This document shows positions 27,460-36,755 of a stretch of 64,000 nt of DNA, piece after piece (position 1 is the first letter of the stretch; each line of letters starts with the position of its first letter). Both the position numbers and the translations under genes were made by a program. The stretch is from positions 195,772 to 259,771 of the IMG/VR virus record IMGVR_UViG_3300042923_000569; one strand, given 5' to 3'. The notes below the pieces were generated by a model. It saw nothing but the letters and a program-made list of their open reading frames with translations. It was not told the origin of the DNA and made no database searches. Source of the DNA: a virus.

Positions 27460-27540
27460 GCACCCCAATGGGTTAGTAGCTGTATCTGCCAATGAGATAA
27501 GTATAGCAAAAAGGGCTGACCGAAGTCAACCCCTTTATTA
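27460..27540. repeat. partial palindromic element plus conserved tail and terminator (copy 2)
   Basis: gcaccccaatggg + ttagtagctgtatctgccaatgagataagtatagcaaaa + gggctgaccgaagtcaaccc. Confidence 0.55.
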
Positions 27541-27552
27541 AGAATTTTGGAT

Positions 27553-28131
27553 TTAAATGTAAGTTACTGAATGGTCAGTTTCTTCGAAATCAATATCATT
27601 TGCAATGATTGATTCCTTGACATTTTCGTCAGAAATCAGGTCATAATAACATTTGTCCAGGTCGAAGTAGTACGCATCGCCAGCGGCTTTAATGTACGCG
27701 TCAATCTCTAATTGCAATTTGTCATAAAGAGATTGCTGTTTTGGTGAAAGGTCATTTTGCCAATCACCATCCATTTCCGCTGAAGTAGTATTTGAATGGT
27801 AGTAGCGACTTGAACCACGAACCACTTTACAAGAAATATCGTTGCCCTTGATCAGTTCATGCAACAGGCGATAATGTGACCAGTGTTTTGCTGCACGTAA
27901 AAACTTTTCAATGTCAACGTTATCAGCGGTAAAACTTGCACCATCGCCCTGGCTGCAAAAGCCGGAGTACTGAGATTCTACATCTTCAAAGCCAACGGCT
28001 TTCAGTTTATCATGATGTTCAGCGGTTACGTGTTCGCACCAACCATCATAATCAACGTTAATATCTCTGTGCTTGTCAAGTGCTTTGGCCTGTTGCTGTG
28101 CGTTCAGTTCGTTGAATTTCATGATGTTCAT
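27553..28131 (-). CDS. hypothetical acidic protein (192 aa)
   Basis: ORF track; sits downstream of the DUF932-like gene. Confidence 0.55.
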   Translation of the reverse strand: MNIMKFNELNAQQQAKALDKHRDINVDYDGWCEHVTAEHHDKLKAVGFEDVESQYSGFCSQGDGASFTADNVDIEKFLRAAKHWSHYRLLHELIKGNDISCKVVRGSSRYYHSNTTSAEMDGDWQNDLSPKQQSLYDKLQLEIDAYIKAAGDAYYFDLDKCYYDLISDENVKESIIANDIDFEETDHSVTYI

Positions 28132-28329
28132 CTCAATTAAAATGGTTAGGAACTATTCCTTAACCTTGAATACATTATACATTACTACGTTAAACTTGCA
28201 AGTACTTTCTAGTAGATAATCAGGTAAATTATGAAGATAATTACTATCAGTACTTTTACCATTTTTTCCATCTGCATGGCTACTATATGTGCTAGGCTCT
28301 TAGTACTGTATAGTACTACATAACGTTTC

Positions 28330-28554
28330 TTAGTGGACATACCTCATTGCCCCAAATGTAAGAGGGGTATTAACAACACTAACTTTTGTGATAATAAGGT
28401 TAGGTTCAATCCCGTTAAAGTAGCGAAGTGCGAACACTGTATCGCCCATTGAATAGTCTTCACGTAAACAAATAGGTTGCAGTACTTCAGACATTTGTCT
28501 ATCTTCATCTGAAGGTTCTTCAAAAATAATCTTCTTTAAAAAGTCTTCAATCAT
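28330..28554 (-). CDS. hypothetical protein (74 aa)
   Basis: ORF track. Confidence 0.45.
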   Translation of the reverse strand: MIEDFLKKIIFEEPSDEDRQMSEVLQPICLREDYSMGDTVFALRYFNGIEPNLIITKVSVVNTPLTFGAMRYVH

Positions 28555-28610
28555 TACCGTATTCCTTTATGTTGTGGTATGAAACTAATCTTAGTACAAC
28601 TTATTAGTAC

Positions 28611-28639
28611 TTGCAAGAATTATTTTAGTACAATATATA
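28611..28639 (+). promoter_or_regulatory. AGTACT-cassette promoter on the plus strand (TTGCAA-17-TATATA) reading into element copy 3
   Basis: agtacTTGCAAgaattattttagtacaaTATATAacc. Confidence 0.45.
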
Positions 28640-28664
28640 ACCTATAACTAACAAATATATCTAT

Positions 28665-28745
28665 GCACCCTATGGGTTAGTAGCGGTATCTGCCAATGAG
28701 ATAAGTATAGCAAAAGGGGCTAACCTAAGTCAACCCCTTGTTTAA
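28665..28745. repeat. partial palindromic element plus conserved tail and terminator (copy 3)
   Basis: gcaccctatggg + ttagtagcggtatctgccaatgagataagtatagcaaaa + ggggctaacctaagtcaacccc. Confidence 0.55.
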
Positions 28746-28747
28746 AA

Positions 28748-29089
28748 TTATTTGCAAGTATAGATAACTTTAGCGGGAACATACTTACCAGTACTTTCAT
28801 CCGGGATCGCAGTTTCCATAGTATATTTGTTATGGATGCGGTCTGAAATGATCCGGCCTGTATCGTTTCGGTAATCGTTACCGTCTTTCCAGAATTCCAG
28901 GGCATGACCGTGACTAGTCAAAGTAACTTTTGGTTGAGTAAGTTCAATCGTTGAACCTACAGACATAGGAACATTACTTGCGACTGTGTTCCCATTAACG
29001 ATCAGTGTTTGAGTACTACAGGTTAGTACTTCAGCTTGAACGGACAGTGACAGTACTGATAAGATACCAAAGGCGATTAACTTTTTCAT
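28748..29089 (-). CDS. secreted/periplasmic protein (113 aa with signal peptide)
   Basis: internal start MKKLIAFGILSVLSLSVQA is a Sec signal; RBS present; the longer track ORF (to 29140) starts at an alternative codon. Confidence 0.55.
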   Translation of the reverse strand: MKKLIAFGILSVLSLSVQAEVLTCSTQTLIVNGNTVASNVPMSVGSTIELTQPKVTLTSHGHALEFWKDGNDYRNDTGRIISDRIHNKYTMETAIPDESTGKYVPAKVIYTCK

Positions 29090-29125
29090 TTTATAATCCT
29101 GTTCAGTTGATATAGTTATTATAAT

Positions 29126-29157
29126 AAAAAAGGCTGACAAACGTCAACCTCTTTTTG
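29126..29157. terminator. terminator hairpin of the GGCTGAC...GTCAACC family
   Basis: aggctgacaaacgtcaacct flanked by A- and T-runs. Confidence 0.5.
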
Positions 29158-29158
29158 A

Positions 29159-29683
29159 TTATTCTATAGTACTATTTAAAATTGCGTTCTGTATGTATTC
29201 CATAATTTCATATTGGTCTACATTGTCTTTTGATGTAATTTCTTGCATTGCACGATATGCCGCGAAGACGCCAGCTTTAAATTTAGCTGGTGGCACTGCT
29301 TTGAGAGAATTCACTATACTAGATAAGTAACCTGGATTATTAGCAAAGATTCTCGCTAAGTCCTGGGTTAGAGCTTGTACTTTTGTTCTACTGTTATGTA
29401 CTGGATCTTTCGGAGCTTCTTCTGGTTCAGCGGTAGGAGTTGAACCCGGCATAAGCCCTAATGATTTAAAGTACTTTAACTTTTCTTCAGGCTTCATTTT
29501 TGACGTATCGATACCCTGAGAAGGCATTGTGTTTAATTTGCCTTGCATTCCTGTACCCTGATTACGTTTACCTTTGCTACCTTGTCCGGCGTCGTGACTG
29601 TTTGCACTGCGTTCACTGTTCGACCACTTATCAGAGTGTCCTGAAAGTGTTGCACCGTTTTTACTTCTGAATGTTCCAGGCAT
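29159..29683 (-). CDS. hypothetical protein (~174 aa, Gly/Ser/Lys-rich N-terminal half)
   Basis: ATG at 29683 has a GGGGA RBS; the track start at 29725 has none. Confidence 0.5.
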   Translation of the reverse strand: MPGTFRSKNGATLSGHSDKWSNSERSANSHDAGQGSKGKRNQGTGMQGKLNTMPSQGIDTSKMKPEEKLKYFKSLGLMPGSTPTAEPEEAPKDPVHNSRTKVQALTQDLARIFANNPGYLSSIVNSLKAVPPAKFKAGVFAAYRAMQEITSKDNVDQYEIMEYIQNAILNSTIE

Positions 29684-29740
29684 AATAAAAAATCCCCAAT
29701 ATGTTATAAAGTTTATTATAATCATATTTAGGGATTATGT

Positions 29741-30010
29741 CTACCGCCGTTCAACGAATTTGTTATACTGTTCATGCGTCATTAGGTTTAGTACTTCATC
29801 CCGGATCACAATGCGTTCATTGTGTGATACGTCAAGTACTTTAAACAATCCACAACCTAACTTCCTGGCATGAATAGATCCGCTTTTGTATCCGGTCACA
29901 ACCTTGATCGCTTTGTCAAGTATCTTTGTTTGTACTTTAAAGTGCAATCGAAGTTGTATATCTTGAATCATTATCCGCTTCATAGATACACCTTCTAAGG
30001 GGCTTGTCAA
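29741..30010 (-). CDS. hypothetical protein (89 aa)
   Basis: ORF track. Confidence 0.5.
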   Translation of the reverse strand: MTSPLEGVSMKRIMIQDIQLRLHFKVQTKILDKAIKVVTGYKSGSIHARKLGCGLFKVLDVSHNERIVIRDEVLNLMTHEQYNKFVERR

Positions 30011-30027
30011 GCCCCCTACGATTGATT

Positions 30028-30492
30028 TTAAGCACTTTTCGCAATGGACTGAGCCAGACGGATAGGCACAAGTGAGCGGCGATACATGACGCGTACACGC
30101 TTATCATTAGGGGTAGTTAGTACTTGTTCACCGATGATCCCTGCGATAATCTTACGTACTTCTTTCACTGCAACGTGAGCAACTTCTACAACTTTCTTTT
30201 CAAAGTTGTTTGCATTCAGGAAGGAAATACGATCCTTAATTGCTGGTGCTGGTTTAGCAACATCAACAGCTTTAAGAGCGGCAGCCAGGCTTGCAGTAGT
30301 TTCTGAATGAATCTCTACTGAATGCTCTTTCGCTGGAATTGCTGGTGCAACTTCAACCGCTGCAACTACTTCAGACAGTACAGCCCAACGTTCACCGGCT
30401 GCTGCATCTTTACCAAAATCTTTGACTTTGCCGCCGTTCTCTGAAGCGAAGTTACGAGCCAGGGTGCGTGATGCGAAGAATTCAGTTCTCAT
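30028..30492 (-). CDS. hypothetical protein (154 aa, Ala-rich)
   Basis: ORF track. Confidence 0.55.
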   Translation of the reverse strand: MRTEFFASRTLARNFASENGGKVKDFGKDAAAGERWAVLSEVVAAVEVAPAIPAKEHSVEIHSETTASLAAALKAVDVAKPAPAIKDRISFLNANNFEKKVVEVAHVAVKEVRKIIAGIIGEQVLTTPNDKRVRVMYRRSLVPIRLAQSIAKSA

Positions 30493-30567
30493 TTTTTCAA
30501 TCTCTCTTGTGTGGTTGATGTGATAATTATAAGTTCTTTCGGGTTTTAGTGCAAGTACTTTTTAAAT

Positions 30568-30900
30568 TTAATTTTTAATACATTCTACACTGTAATCGAT
30601 TGTTGTATCATCAGTTGGTTTTACATAAAACATCTTTTCTTCTTCCGTCTGGTATCCAGTAAGTGTCACTTTCATACCATCAAAATAAGAATCAGTTTTG
30701 ATACGGTTTACTACTTCAGGCGATACTGTCAAGTTATAATTAACAGGATAGTAATCCTCTCTGGCACCACTTACTTTACAAACATAATTAGGATTAGTAA
30801 ATGATTTAAATTTATTATATCCTTCTTTAAGTACTGGATGAATAACAAAACCACATACTGAGCTTACTAATACAATTGCAATCAAAGACGAAGTTTTCAT
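30568..30900 (-). CDS. secreted protein (110 aa, signal peptide)
   Basis: MKTSSLIAIVLVSSVCGF N-terminus. Confidence 0.55.
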   Translation of the reverse strand: MKTSSLIAIVLVSSVCGFVIHPVLKEGYNKFKSFTNPNYVCKVSGAREDYYPVNYNLTVSPEVVNRIKTDSYFDGMKVTLTGYQTEEEKMFYVKPTDDTTIDYSVECIKN

Positions 30901-30972
30901 TATTATATTCCAGTTCAGTTTATATTATAAAGTACTCTGATTATATAAAGTACTTTGACTAATATCCACTAA

Positions 30973-31419
30973 TTAAACGTAATTATATTTGCTAATATAT
31001 GTTTTAACATTAGAAGATAATTCTTCCAACATTACGCCAGCATCCTCACCTTTATAATTACAAAGTTGAACAAAGCGAATACCATTATCTAATAGATCTT
31101 CTGCGATTGAATACATAGCCTCAATTGCTGATCTATCTTCCATGTAATTACTTTCCATCATTTCCCGGCGTTCTTCTGGCGTCAGTGGGATATAAGTACC
31201 GGCAGCAATTGCCAATGATTCTGCAACAACATCGCGGTACTCTCTGCGAATTTCCATTGTCATATGAGGATCATTCACTGACAGAGTATCACCCAAGGTA
31301 AAAGATTCTGCTGATTTGTAAACTGAAGAATATACAGCTTCAGCTTCAGCCAGACAAGTTTCAATCCCGTAAGTACTTTCGATTGCTTGCAATGCTTCAG
31401 CCAGTTTCTTGAGTTGCAT
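30973..31419 (-). CDS. hypothetical protein (148 aa)
   Basis: ORF track; early-type promoter at 31466-31494. Confidence 0.55.
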   Translation of the reverse strand: MQLKKLAEALQAIESTYGIETCLAEAEAVYSSVYKSAESFTLGDTLSVNDPHMTMEIRREYRDVVAESLAIAAGTYIPLTPEERREMMESNYMEDRSAIEAMYSIAEDLLDNGIRFVQLCNYKGEDAGVMLEELSSNVKTYISKYNYV

Positions 31420-31465
31420 TTTCTTATCCCCTGTACGATTCGCCGTGAACCGTTTCGATGTAGTA

Positions 31466-31494
31466 ATAATAGTACTTCTGAATGTTTAATGCAA
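31466..31494 (-). promoter_or_regulatory. early-type promoter, AGTACT cassette (TTGCAT-17-TATTAT)
   Basis: minus strand agtacTTGCATtaaacattcagaagtacTATTATtactacatcgaaacgg. Confidence 0.5.
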
Positions 31495-31564
31495 GTACTT
31501 TTTAAATCGAAAGTATAATTTTTGATGTAAAAAAAAAGCCTCGACAATGCGAGGCTTTTGTGGG

Positions 31565-32419
31565 TTACTTGAGACTTACAAACGGTACTGACGAACCTGG
31601 TACAAACTGAGTAGGTAACACACCGTTCCATTTGTCAACCGCTGCAAGCTGTACAAGTTGCGGATTGTTGTTTAGTGCGTCTGCTTTCGCCTTAATCGCT
31701 GCTGCATCAGCTTCACCTTGTAGGCGAGTTGCCTGTGCGTCTGCTTTAGCTTGTGCAACTTTTGCATCGGCGGTGGCTTGTGCGTTAGTTACCTGGATCT
31801 GTGCGGTAACTTTCGATTCTTCCCACTGCTGCTGGCGTTTCGTTACGGCAATCTCTGCCTGCATACGTTCTTCAATCGACTTTTCATACGCTGGACTGAA
31901 TGACAAGTTTTCGATCTGGACGCTTTCAATTAGTACCGGATAGTTTTGCATAGCACCTTTAACCGCTAGGTTAAGATTGGTAACTAGCTTTTGACGATCC
32001 TGTACTGCTGTAATAGCATTGAATTGTCCGAAAACGTTTTCAAGTGCTTGCGGTACTTGACGATCAATAACACGTGCAACAAAGTTATCGATACTACCAA
32101 ATTGGCTATACAGTTCACCAACTTTGCCCGGTGGAATAGAATACGAAACTGAAATATTCATATCTGCCGGTTGCTGGTCACGCGAATATGCCTGAGTTTT
32201 TGGATAAGATTTACTCTGACCAGAAACTTTAACTTCTACTACTGAATCAACAAATGGCTTTTTCCAGTGGAAGCCAGGATCGGCAATGCCAGTTAATTTA
32301 CCATTAGTAAGAATAACGCCGCGATCTTGCTGGTCAACAGTATAGAACGAACCACCAGCAATCATCGCACCTACTAGTAGTACGAATACTACAAGACCAA
32401 TACCAAAGTACTTACCCAT
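31565..32419 (-). CDS. SPFH/band-7 (prohibitin/HflC-like) membrane protein
   Basis: N-terminal TM helix, then GVILTNGKL...PGFHWKKPF... SPFH core and a C-terminal Ala/Gln-rich coiled coil. Confidence 0.8.
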   Translation of the reverse strand: MGKYFGIGLVVFVLLVGAMIAGGSFYTVDQQDRGVILTNGKLTGIADPGFHWKKPFVDSVVEVKVSGQSKSYPKTQAYSRDQQPADMNISVSYSIPPGKVGELYSQFGSIDNFVARVIDRQVPQALENVFGQFNAITAVQDRQKLVTNLNLAVKGAMQNYPVLIESVQIENLSFSPAYEKSIEERMQAEIAVTKRQQQWEESKVTAQIQVTNAQATADAKVAQAKADAQATRLQGEADAAAIKAKADALNNNPQLVQLAAVDKWNGVLPTQFVPGSSVPFVSLK

Positions 32420-32429
32420 TGAAAACCTC

Positions 32430-32678
32430 TTAAGTTAATTTACCATTTTGATTATAAAGAAATAAAGGAATATCCTTCGAATTTAAATCTACTTTAAAAC
32501 TACTATCACAATCACGTGCAAATGCAATTGCCCGATCATGAGTTAATGATTCTGCATCAGGAGTATTTGCCGCTTTATCAGCCTGAATAGTACAGCGAAC
32601 ATTTCCACCACAACGATCAAATAAATCGTTCTGTGTACTTCTGAATTTTTCAATTGCAGTAATTGGCTGTACTTTCAT
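32430..32678 (-). CDS. hypothetical protein (82 aa)
   Basis: ORF track. Confidence 0.45.
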   Translation of the reverse strand: MKVQPITAIEKFRSTQNDLFDRCGGNVRCTIQADKAANTPDAESLTHDRAIAFARDCDSSFKVDLNSKDIPLFLYNQNGKLT

Positions 32679-32680
32679 TT

Positions 32681-32917
32681 TTAATTATCCTTATACATAA
32701 GATAGATTAACAAACAAGTAAAACATTCCGCACACATGAAAATTAGAAATGTTCCAAAACCTTTTCCAAAAGTCATATATGTCATGAAATCTGAATTATG
32801 ATTATACGCGATTGATTCGATTTGCCAAGTATAATCTACTGTAAAATTAGAATAGGTTAGCCCAAGTGCTAACAACAATAATGTTGCCAGTACCGCAATC
32901 CCCTTTACATATTGCAT
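32681..32917 (-). CDS. small membrane protein (78 aa)
   Basis: ORF track; hydrophobic. Confidence 0.45.
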   Translation of the reverse strand: MQYVKGIAVLATLLLLALGLTYSNFTVDYTWQIESIAYNHNSDFMTYMTFGKGFGTFLIFMCAECFTCLLIYLMYKDN

Positions 32918-32948
32918 ATTCTACCTGCTTTTGTCAGTGTGTCAACAG

Positions 32949-33227
32949 TTATTTTACTACTGCTTTCTTTGCCTGGTAACTGCGATAGACAGTTTCAGAA
33001 AGATCAACTAATATCAGGAACCCGGCAGGGAATAACCCCATAAAGGCAGTACTGAAAGAAGCAGGTAACACGAAATGAATAAACGCCTTCCAGCGATCAC
33101 CACCTTCAATGTAATTGAACATTTCGTGATTGCAGATCATCAGTACTAAACAAACGGTAATACTGAATACTACACCAAACAGATAAGAGTATCCAATCCA
33201 CTTCAGGTATTTTGGTAATCGTTTCAT
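32949..33227 (-). CDS. small membrane protein (92 aa)
   Basis: ORF track; hydrophobic. Confidence 0.5.
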   Translation of the reverse strand: MKRLPKYLKWIGYSYLFGVVFSITVCLVLMICNHEMFNYIEGGDRWKAFIHFVLPASFSTAFMGLFPAGFLILVDLSETVYRSYQAKKAVVK

Positions 33228-33339
33228 TTAAAAGTTCTCTACAAAAGTTGCCCTTTCAATGAGTGCATTCTACCAGAAATATCCTTATATGCAAGCACAA
33301 TTTTAAATTAAAAATATAATGTTTATTTGCTCAACGGCA

Positions 33340-33368
33340 TTGACAGACCACCAGCAATAGGGCATAAT
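33340..33368 (+). promoter_or_regulatory. consensus sigma70-like promoter (TTGACA-17-CATAAT), plus strand
   Basis: caTTGACAgaccaccagcaatagggCATAATtatc; shares the ccaccagc spacer with the 24911 and 39437 copies. Confidence 0.5.
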
Positions 33369-33377
33369 TATCACATA

Positions 33378-33411
33378 GACAGCGAAATGTCTTATCCCAT
33401 AGGGTGCGGAG
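33378..33411. repeat. palindromic element, 5' half only (copy 4)
   Basis: gacaGCGAAAtgtc hairpin (stem covaries with copy 1) + cccatagggtgcggag. Confidence 0.5.
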
Positions 33412-33478
33412 TTGTACCTGTAATATATAAATTTAAAACAAAAATAAGTACTGGCTATTATACCAGTACTATGATATA

Positions 33479-33778
33479 CTATTTCCAGATATACTTGGTT
33501 ACGCCGTAATATCCGCGATGCAGTACTACCACATCATTACTTGTCATAACATGGCTTAGGGTAATGTCTACCAGTGTTTCGCCATTAAACAACGCCATCC
33601 AGCCATAACCAGTATCAACATATACATGATGATCGCCATCGCTTTCAACTAATTGCCATTCAAACGGTTTACCGTTCTTATTCCACAATGCCAGATCTTC
33701 GCACGGTTCTGTTACCAGGCGATGCGGAAGATCGGACATATAATCAAAACGTTTTTCCAACTGTTCGATGATTGACAT
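33479..33778 (-). CDS. hypothetical protein (99 aa)
   Basis: ATG at 33778 behind the conserved leader ttaattgagagaattc; the track N-terminal extension merely translates the upstream promoter cassette. Confidence 0.55.
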   Translation of the reverse strand: MSIIEQLEKRFDYMSDLPHRLVTEPCEDLALWNKNGKPFEWQLVESDGDHHVYVDTGYGWMALFNGETLVDITLSHVMTSNDVVVLHRGYYGVTKYIWK

Positions 33779-33854
33779 ATGAATTCTCTCAATTAAAGTA
33801 ACTACATTATAAAGTACTATCATAATAATTACAATAGTACTTTTGATAATGTTT

Positions 33855-34061
33855 TTACGCGGCGTGATACTGCTTGCCTTTTTCTGGATGTTCGCCTGAT
33901 TGTTTCCAACGACAGACTTCCTGCTCTGCTTCGTGACGTGTCGCCCAATCATTCACATAGTTGTCACAGAATCGAACAACAAAACGTTTTTTGCCTGAAA
34001 TATCACCAGTGAATTCAGGAGTAATTGTATAGCGGCGATCTTTAAAAGCCATGATAGTCAT
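33855..34061 (-). CDS. hypothetical protein (68 aa)
   Basis: ORF track, ATG start. Confidence 0.45.
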   Translation of the reverse strand: MTIMAFKDRRYTITPEFTGDISGKKRFVVRFCDNYVNDWATRHEAEQEVCRWKQSGEHPEKGKQYHAA

Positions 34062-34199
34062 CTCACTTAATAAGGTTAGTTAAGTATTCGAGTACATGCA
34101 ACAATACAGGCTGTACTGAATCCCAATTATAAAACATCAAAGCACAAACTACAATACCTAATAAGAATTGCATTTCGCTTTCTCCTACTCAGTAACTAC

Positions 34200-34227
34200 A
34201 TTATAAAGTACTCGCAGAATTAAGCAA
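34200..34227 (-). promoter_or_regulatory. early-type promoter, AGTACT cassette (TTGCTT-16-TATAAT)
   Basis: minus strand aagtacTTGCTTaattctgcgagtacttTATAATgtagttac. Confidence 0.5.
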
Positions 34228-34245
34228 GTACTTTTGATAATGTTT

Positions 34246-34485
34246 TTACTTAGAATATTCTAACAGTGCATCAGCGTCAATAAACCCGGTAACGCCATAT
34301 TCAGAGAAATCAACAACAGGCGTTTGAAACTGTGCCAGGTATGCAATCGACGTGTATTTGCCATAAGTCGCAGTGATATACTCCTGCAATTTGGCGTGAA
34401 CATCAGTAGAGTTTTCGTCTTTGATAACTACTGCGTACACATCAGGAAGGCCAACAGTCGGGGAAACTTTAACAATCTTCAACAT
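34246..34485 (-). CDS. hypothetical protein (79 aa)
   Basis: ORF track. Confidence 0.5.
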   Translation of the reverse strand: MLKIVKVSPTVGLPDVYAVVIKDENSTDVHAKLQEYITATYGKYTSIAYLAQFQTPVVDFSEYGVTGFIDADALLEYSK

Positions 34486-34539
34486 AATGTTTTACTCTCT
34501 CAATTAAAATGATAACTTAATTATACAGTACTATCTAAA

Positions 34540-34806
34540 TTATGCAAGCGATTTGCTATATTTTAAATGTACTTCTAATGCTTGGGACATACGATTACGC
34601 ATTGCCTTTACAACCATTCGACGGCAAGATAATTCTGTTTTATCATCCAGCTTAGATAATCCAGGCCGTTTCATTGAATACTTTTGCAGTACTCGCCAGT
34701 TGGCCCCGGTCTTGCTGTATATGCTGCAAGTGATACGATCATTCAAACAATCGAACAAAACAACTAACGTCCTGGTACTATACAACATAGAATAATTCTC
34801 AGACAT
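34540..34806 (-). CDS. hypothetical protein (88 aa)
   Basis: ORF track. Confidence 0.5.
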   Translation of the reverse strand: MSENYSMLYSTRTLVVLFDCLNDRITCSIYSKTGANWRVLQKYSMKRPGLSKLDDKTELSCRRMVVKAMRNRMSQALEVHLKYSKSLA

Positions 34807-34850
34807 TTTATAACCTCCTGTTATGGGGGATAGTTAATCCCCCGGTGTGG

Positions 34851-35171
34851 TTAGTCGTCTGGAGTTTCTACATCATATGCGGGTTCAATTTTTTCCCCGG
34901 TGTGATCATCATAGAGATCATCATTTTCATAATTCACTTCAACCCCGACGATATGCCATTGACTATCATCGGGATCATTAAAGTTAACTTTGTGATACTC
35001 ATTGATAACAGTATCGATAGCCAGGCAACCGCCATCAGCAGTTACAAAGTACTGGTACTTTTCATAACCGCCGGAATTGAAGCCCCAATTGATTGACGGC
35101 GTACCGTCATCCAATCTGATAGCCTGGCCGATGAATTCATTTTCGAAATTGCTTTGAGTATTCGATAACAT
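34851..35171 (-). CDS. hypothetical protein (106 aa, acidic)
   Basis: ORF track; ATG start. Confidence 0.5.
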   Translation of the reverse strand: MLSNTQSNFENEFIGQAIRLDDGTPSINWGFNSGGYEKYQYFVTADGGCLAIDTVINEYHKVNFNDPDDSQWHIVGVEVNYENDDLYDDHTGEKIEPAYDVETPDD

Positions 35172-35245
35172 GGCTGTATTCCTATCTCGTTTAAAGTAAC
35201 TACATTATAAAGTACTTGATGACATATTACAAGTACTTTTAATGT

Positions 35246-35407
35246 TTACTGATCCCAATAATTCTGTAAAGATTGATATGTGATTTTATATTGATTAGCC
35301 GCTAACATTAACGCATCAGTTTCTGTTTTCCCTTCCTGTTGCATAAGATGCCAGGCATAATCACTAGCTAATTCATAATCGGATGAATCAAACGCTTCTT
35401 CTCTCAT
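35246..35407 (-). CDS. small protein (53 aa; below the track cutoff)
   Basis: hand translation MREEAFDSSDYELASDYAWHLMQQEGKTETDALMLAANQYKITYQSLQNYWDQ; AAGGAA RBS. Confidence 0.4.
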   Translation of the reverse strand: MREEAFDSSDYELASDYAWHLMQQEGKTETDALMLAANQYKITYQSLQNYWDQ

Positions 35408-35479
35408 ATGTTGTTCCTTTCGTTTAAAGTAACTACATTATAAAGTACTCGCGAATATATGCAAGTACTGTTAATGTTT

Positions 35480-35749
35480 TTACGCTAATAAATCTGCCAG
35501 GATGTTATCGCGTTTCATTACTTCTTTTACATAATATCGATAATGAGTAACAGCGGCAATGTAAGTTTCAAAATCAAGGTATTCAGTTTTACCGGCGATC
35601 TGTGCTGTTACATAATAACCGATTTTAATATGTTCGCCGTGAAAATTAAAAGAATCTTTTTGAGTCAGTACTACAATATCCTTTTGAGTAGACAATCTAG
35701 CAACTTCAGTATCTTTTGAATCAAACTCGCAAGTATCTTTAAATGACAT
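35480..35749 (-). CDS. hypothetical protein (89 aa)
   Basis: ORF track. Confidence 0.5.
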   Translation of the reverse strand: MSFKDTCEFDSKDTEVARLSTQKDIVVLTQKDSFNFHGEHIKIGYYVTAQIAGKTEYLDFETYIAAVTHYRYYVKEVMKRDNILADLLA

Positions 35750-35859
35750 TTTTCTTTCTCCGTCTCGTTTCGATATAAGTAAGTATACTCTCTTTTAGTT
35801 TATGTACAAGTACTTTTTAAATTAAAAGTATAATTATATTTTTTAACGGGCACACTTCA

Positions 35860-35937
35860 GCACCCTAATGGGTTTGACCGTTTCGCCGGATTAAGATAAG
35901 TATACTAAAAGGGCTGACTTGCGTCAACCCCTTTTTT
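35860..35937. repeat. palindromic element half in inverted orientation, plus terminator (copy 5)
   Basis: gcaccctaatggg-tttgaccgtttcgccgg is the reverse complement of the copy-1 5' module; followed by gggctgacttgcgtcaaccc T6. Confidence 0.5.
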
Positions 35938-35940
35938 CAA

Positions 35941-36255
35941 TTATTCTTCCATCTGTTGCTGATCATATACATCACCGCTAGCAATCCATAGCAGTTTAAC
36001 ATACAAATCAGTATCGGATTCATTTTCTAATTCGTCATCATCCCATGCACCAGTTTCTAACAGTACTGATACAATCTTTTCGCGAGGTATCGCCTGCAAT
36101 GTTTCCAGGAAGTAAGGAAGTTCTGCTTTAACAGATTCTTCACAGTCGCCTGCATGATGCATAGAATAGACCTGATCCAGATCTCTGAATGTAAACTCAA
36201 TCTTACCACAAGATGACGTGTACCAGATTTGATCTTGCATTTTGTTTTCTCTCAA
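35941..36255 (-). CDS. hypothetical protein (104 aa, acidic)
   Basis: ORF track. Confidence 0.5.
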   Translation of the reverse strand: MRENKMQDQIWYTSSCGKIEFTFRDLDQVYSMHHAGDCEESVKAELPYFLETLQAIPREKIVSVLLETGAWDDDELENESDTDLYVKLLWIASGDVYDQQQMEE

Positions 36256-36323
36256 TTAAAAGTAAGTCAGTAACTACATTATAAAGTACTCGCAGTAATA
36301 AGCAAGTACTTTTGATAATGTTT

Positions 36324-36668
36324 TTACGATTCGTCTGCCATACTATCCACCAGCTCATAAACCGGCTTAAGTAATGCATCAAACGCCGCATGATCACCGC
36401 TAGCAGTATTAGCGATTAAATCAATACCATCATTGCCGTTATTATAGATAAGCAGTATAGAACCGATTTGATAAGGATCATCTTTCTTTAATACGCGGAG
36501 CCAGTCCAGTCCAGTACTGTTAAGGGCTTCTTTGATTGTGCTAACATCACTTGAACGGCGTAACACGAACTCCTCACCATCAAAAATGCTAACCTCATAG
36601 CCACCAGCAAAAACAGTACTCAAAATACAATCAATGATTCTGTTTTCGTTTTCCAGGAGTGCAGCCAT
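36324..36668 (-). CDS. hypothetical protein (114 aa)
   Basis: ORF track. Confidence 0.5.
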   Translation of the reverse strand: MAALLENENRIIDCILSTVFAGGYEVSIFDGEEFVLRRSSDVSTIKEALNSTGLDWLRVLKKDDPYQIGSILLIYNNGNDGIDLIANTASGDHAAFDALLKPVYELVDSMADES

Positions 36669-36755
36669 AATATCCTCTCAATTAAAAGTAATTCGTTTGC
36701 AGTAACTACATTATAAAGTACTCGCTAGTTAATGCAAGTACTTTTGATAATGTTT

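Noticed and set aside
33327-33509. Plus-strand ORF 33327..33509 (60 aa), and the N-terminal extensions of ORFs 33479..33952, 36203..36397, 62844..63185 and 14458..14808
   Set aside because: These are translations of conserved promoter/terminator cassettes (the same peptide ...NIIKSTxxxxxVLYNVVT appears wherever the cassette is read). The starts are TTG/GTG lying inside the hairpins, and true ATG starts with the conserved leader lie downstream.
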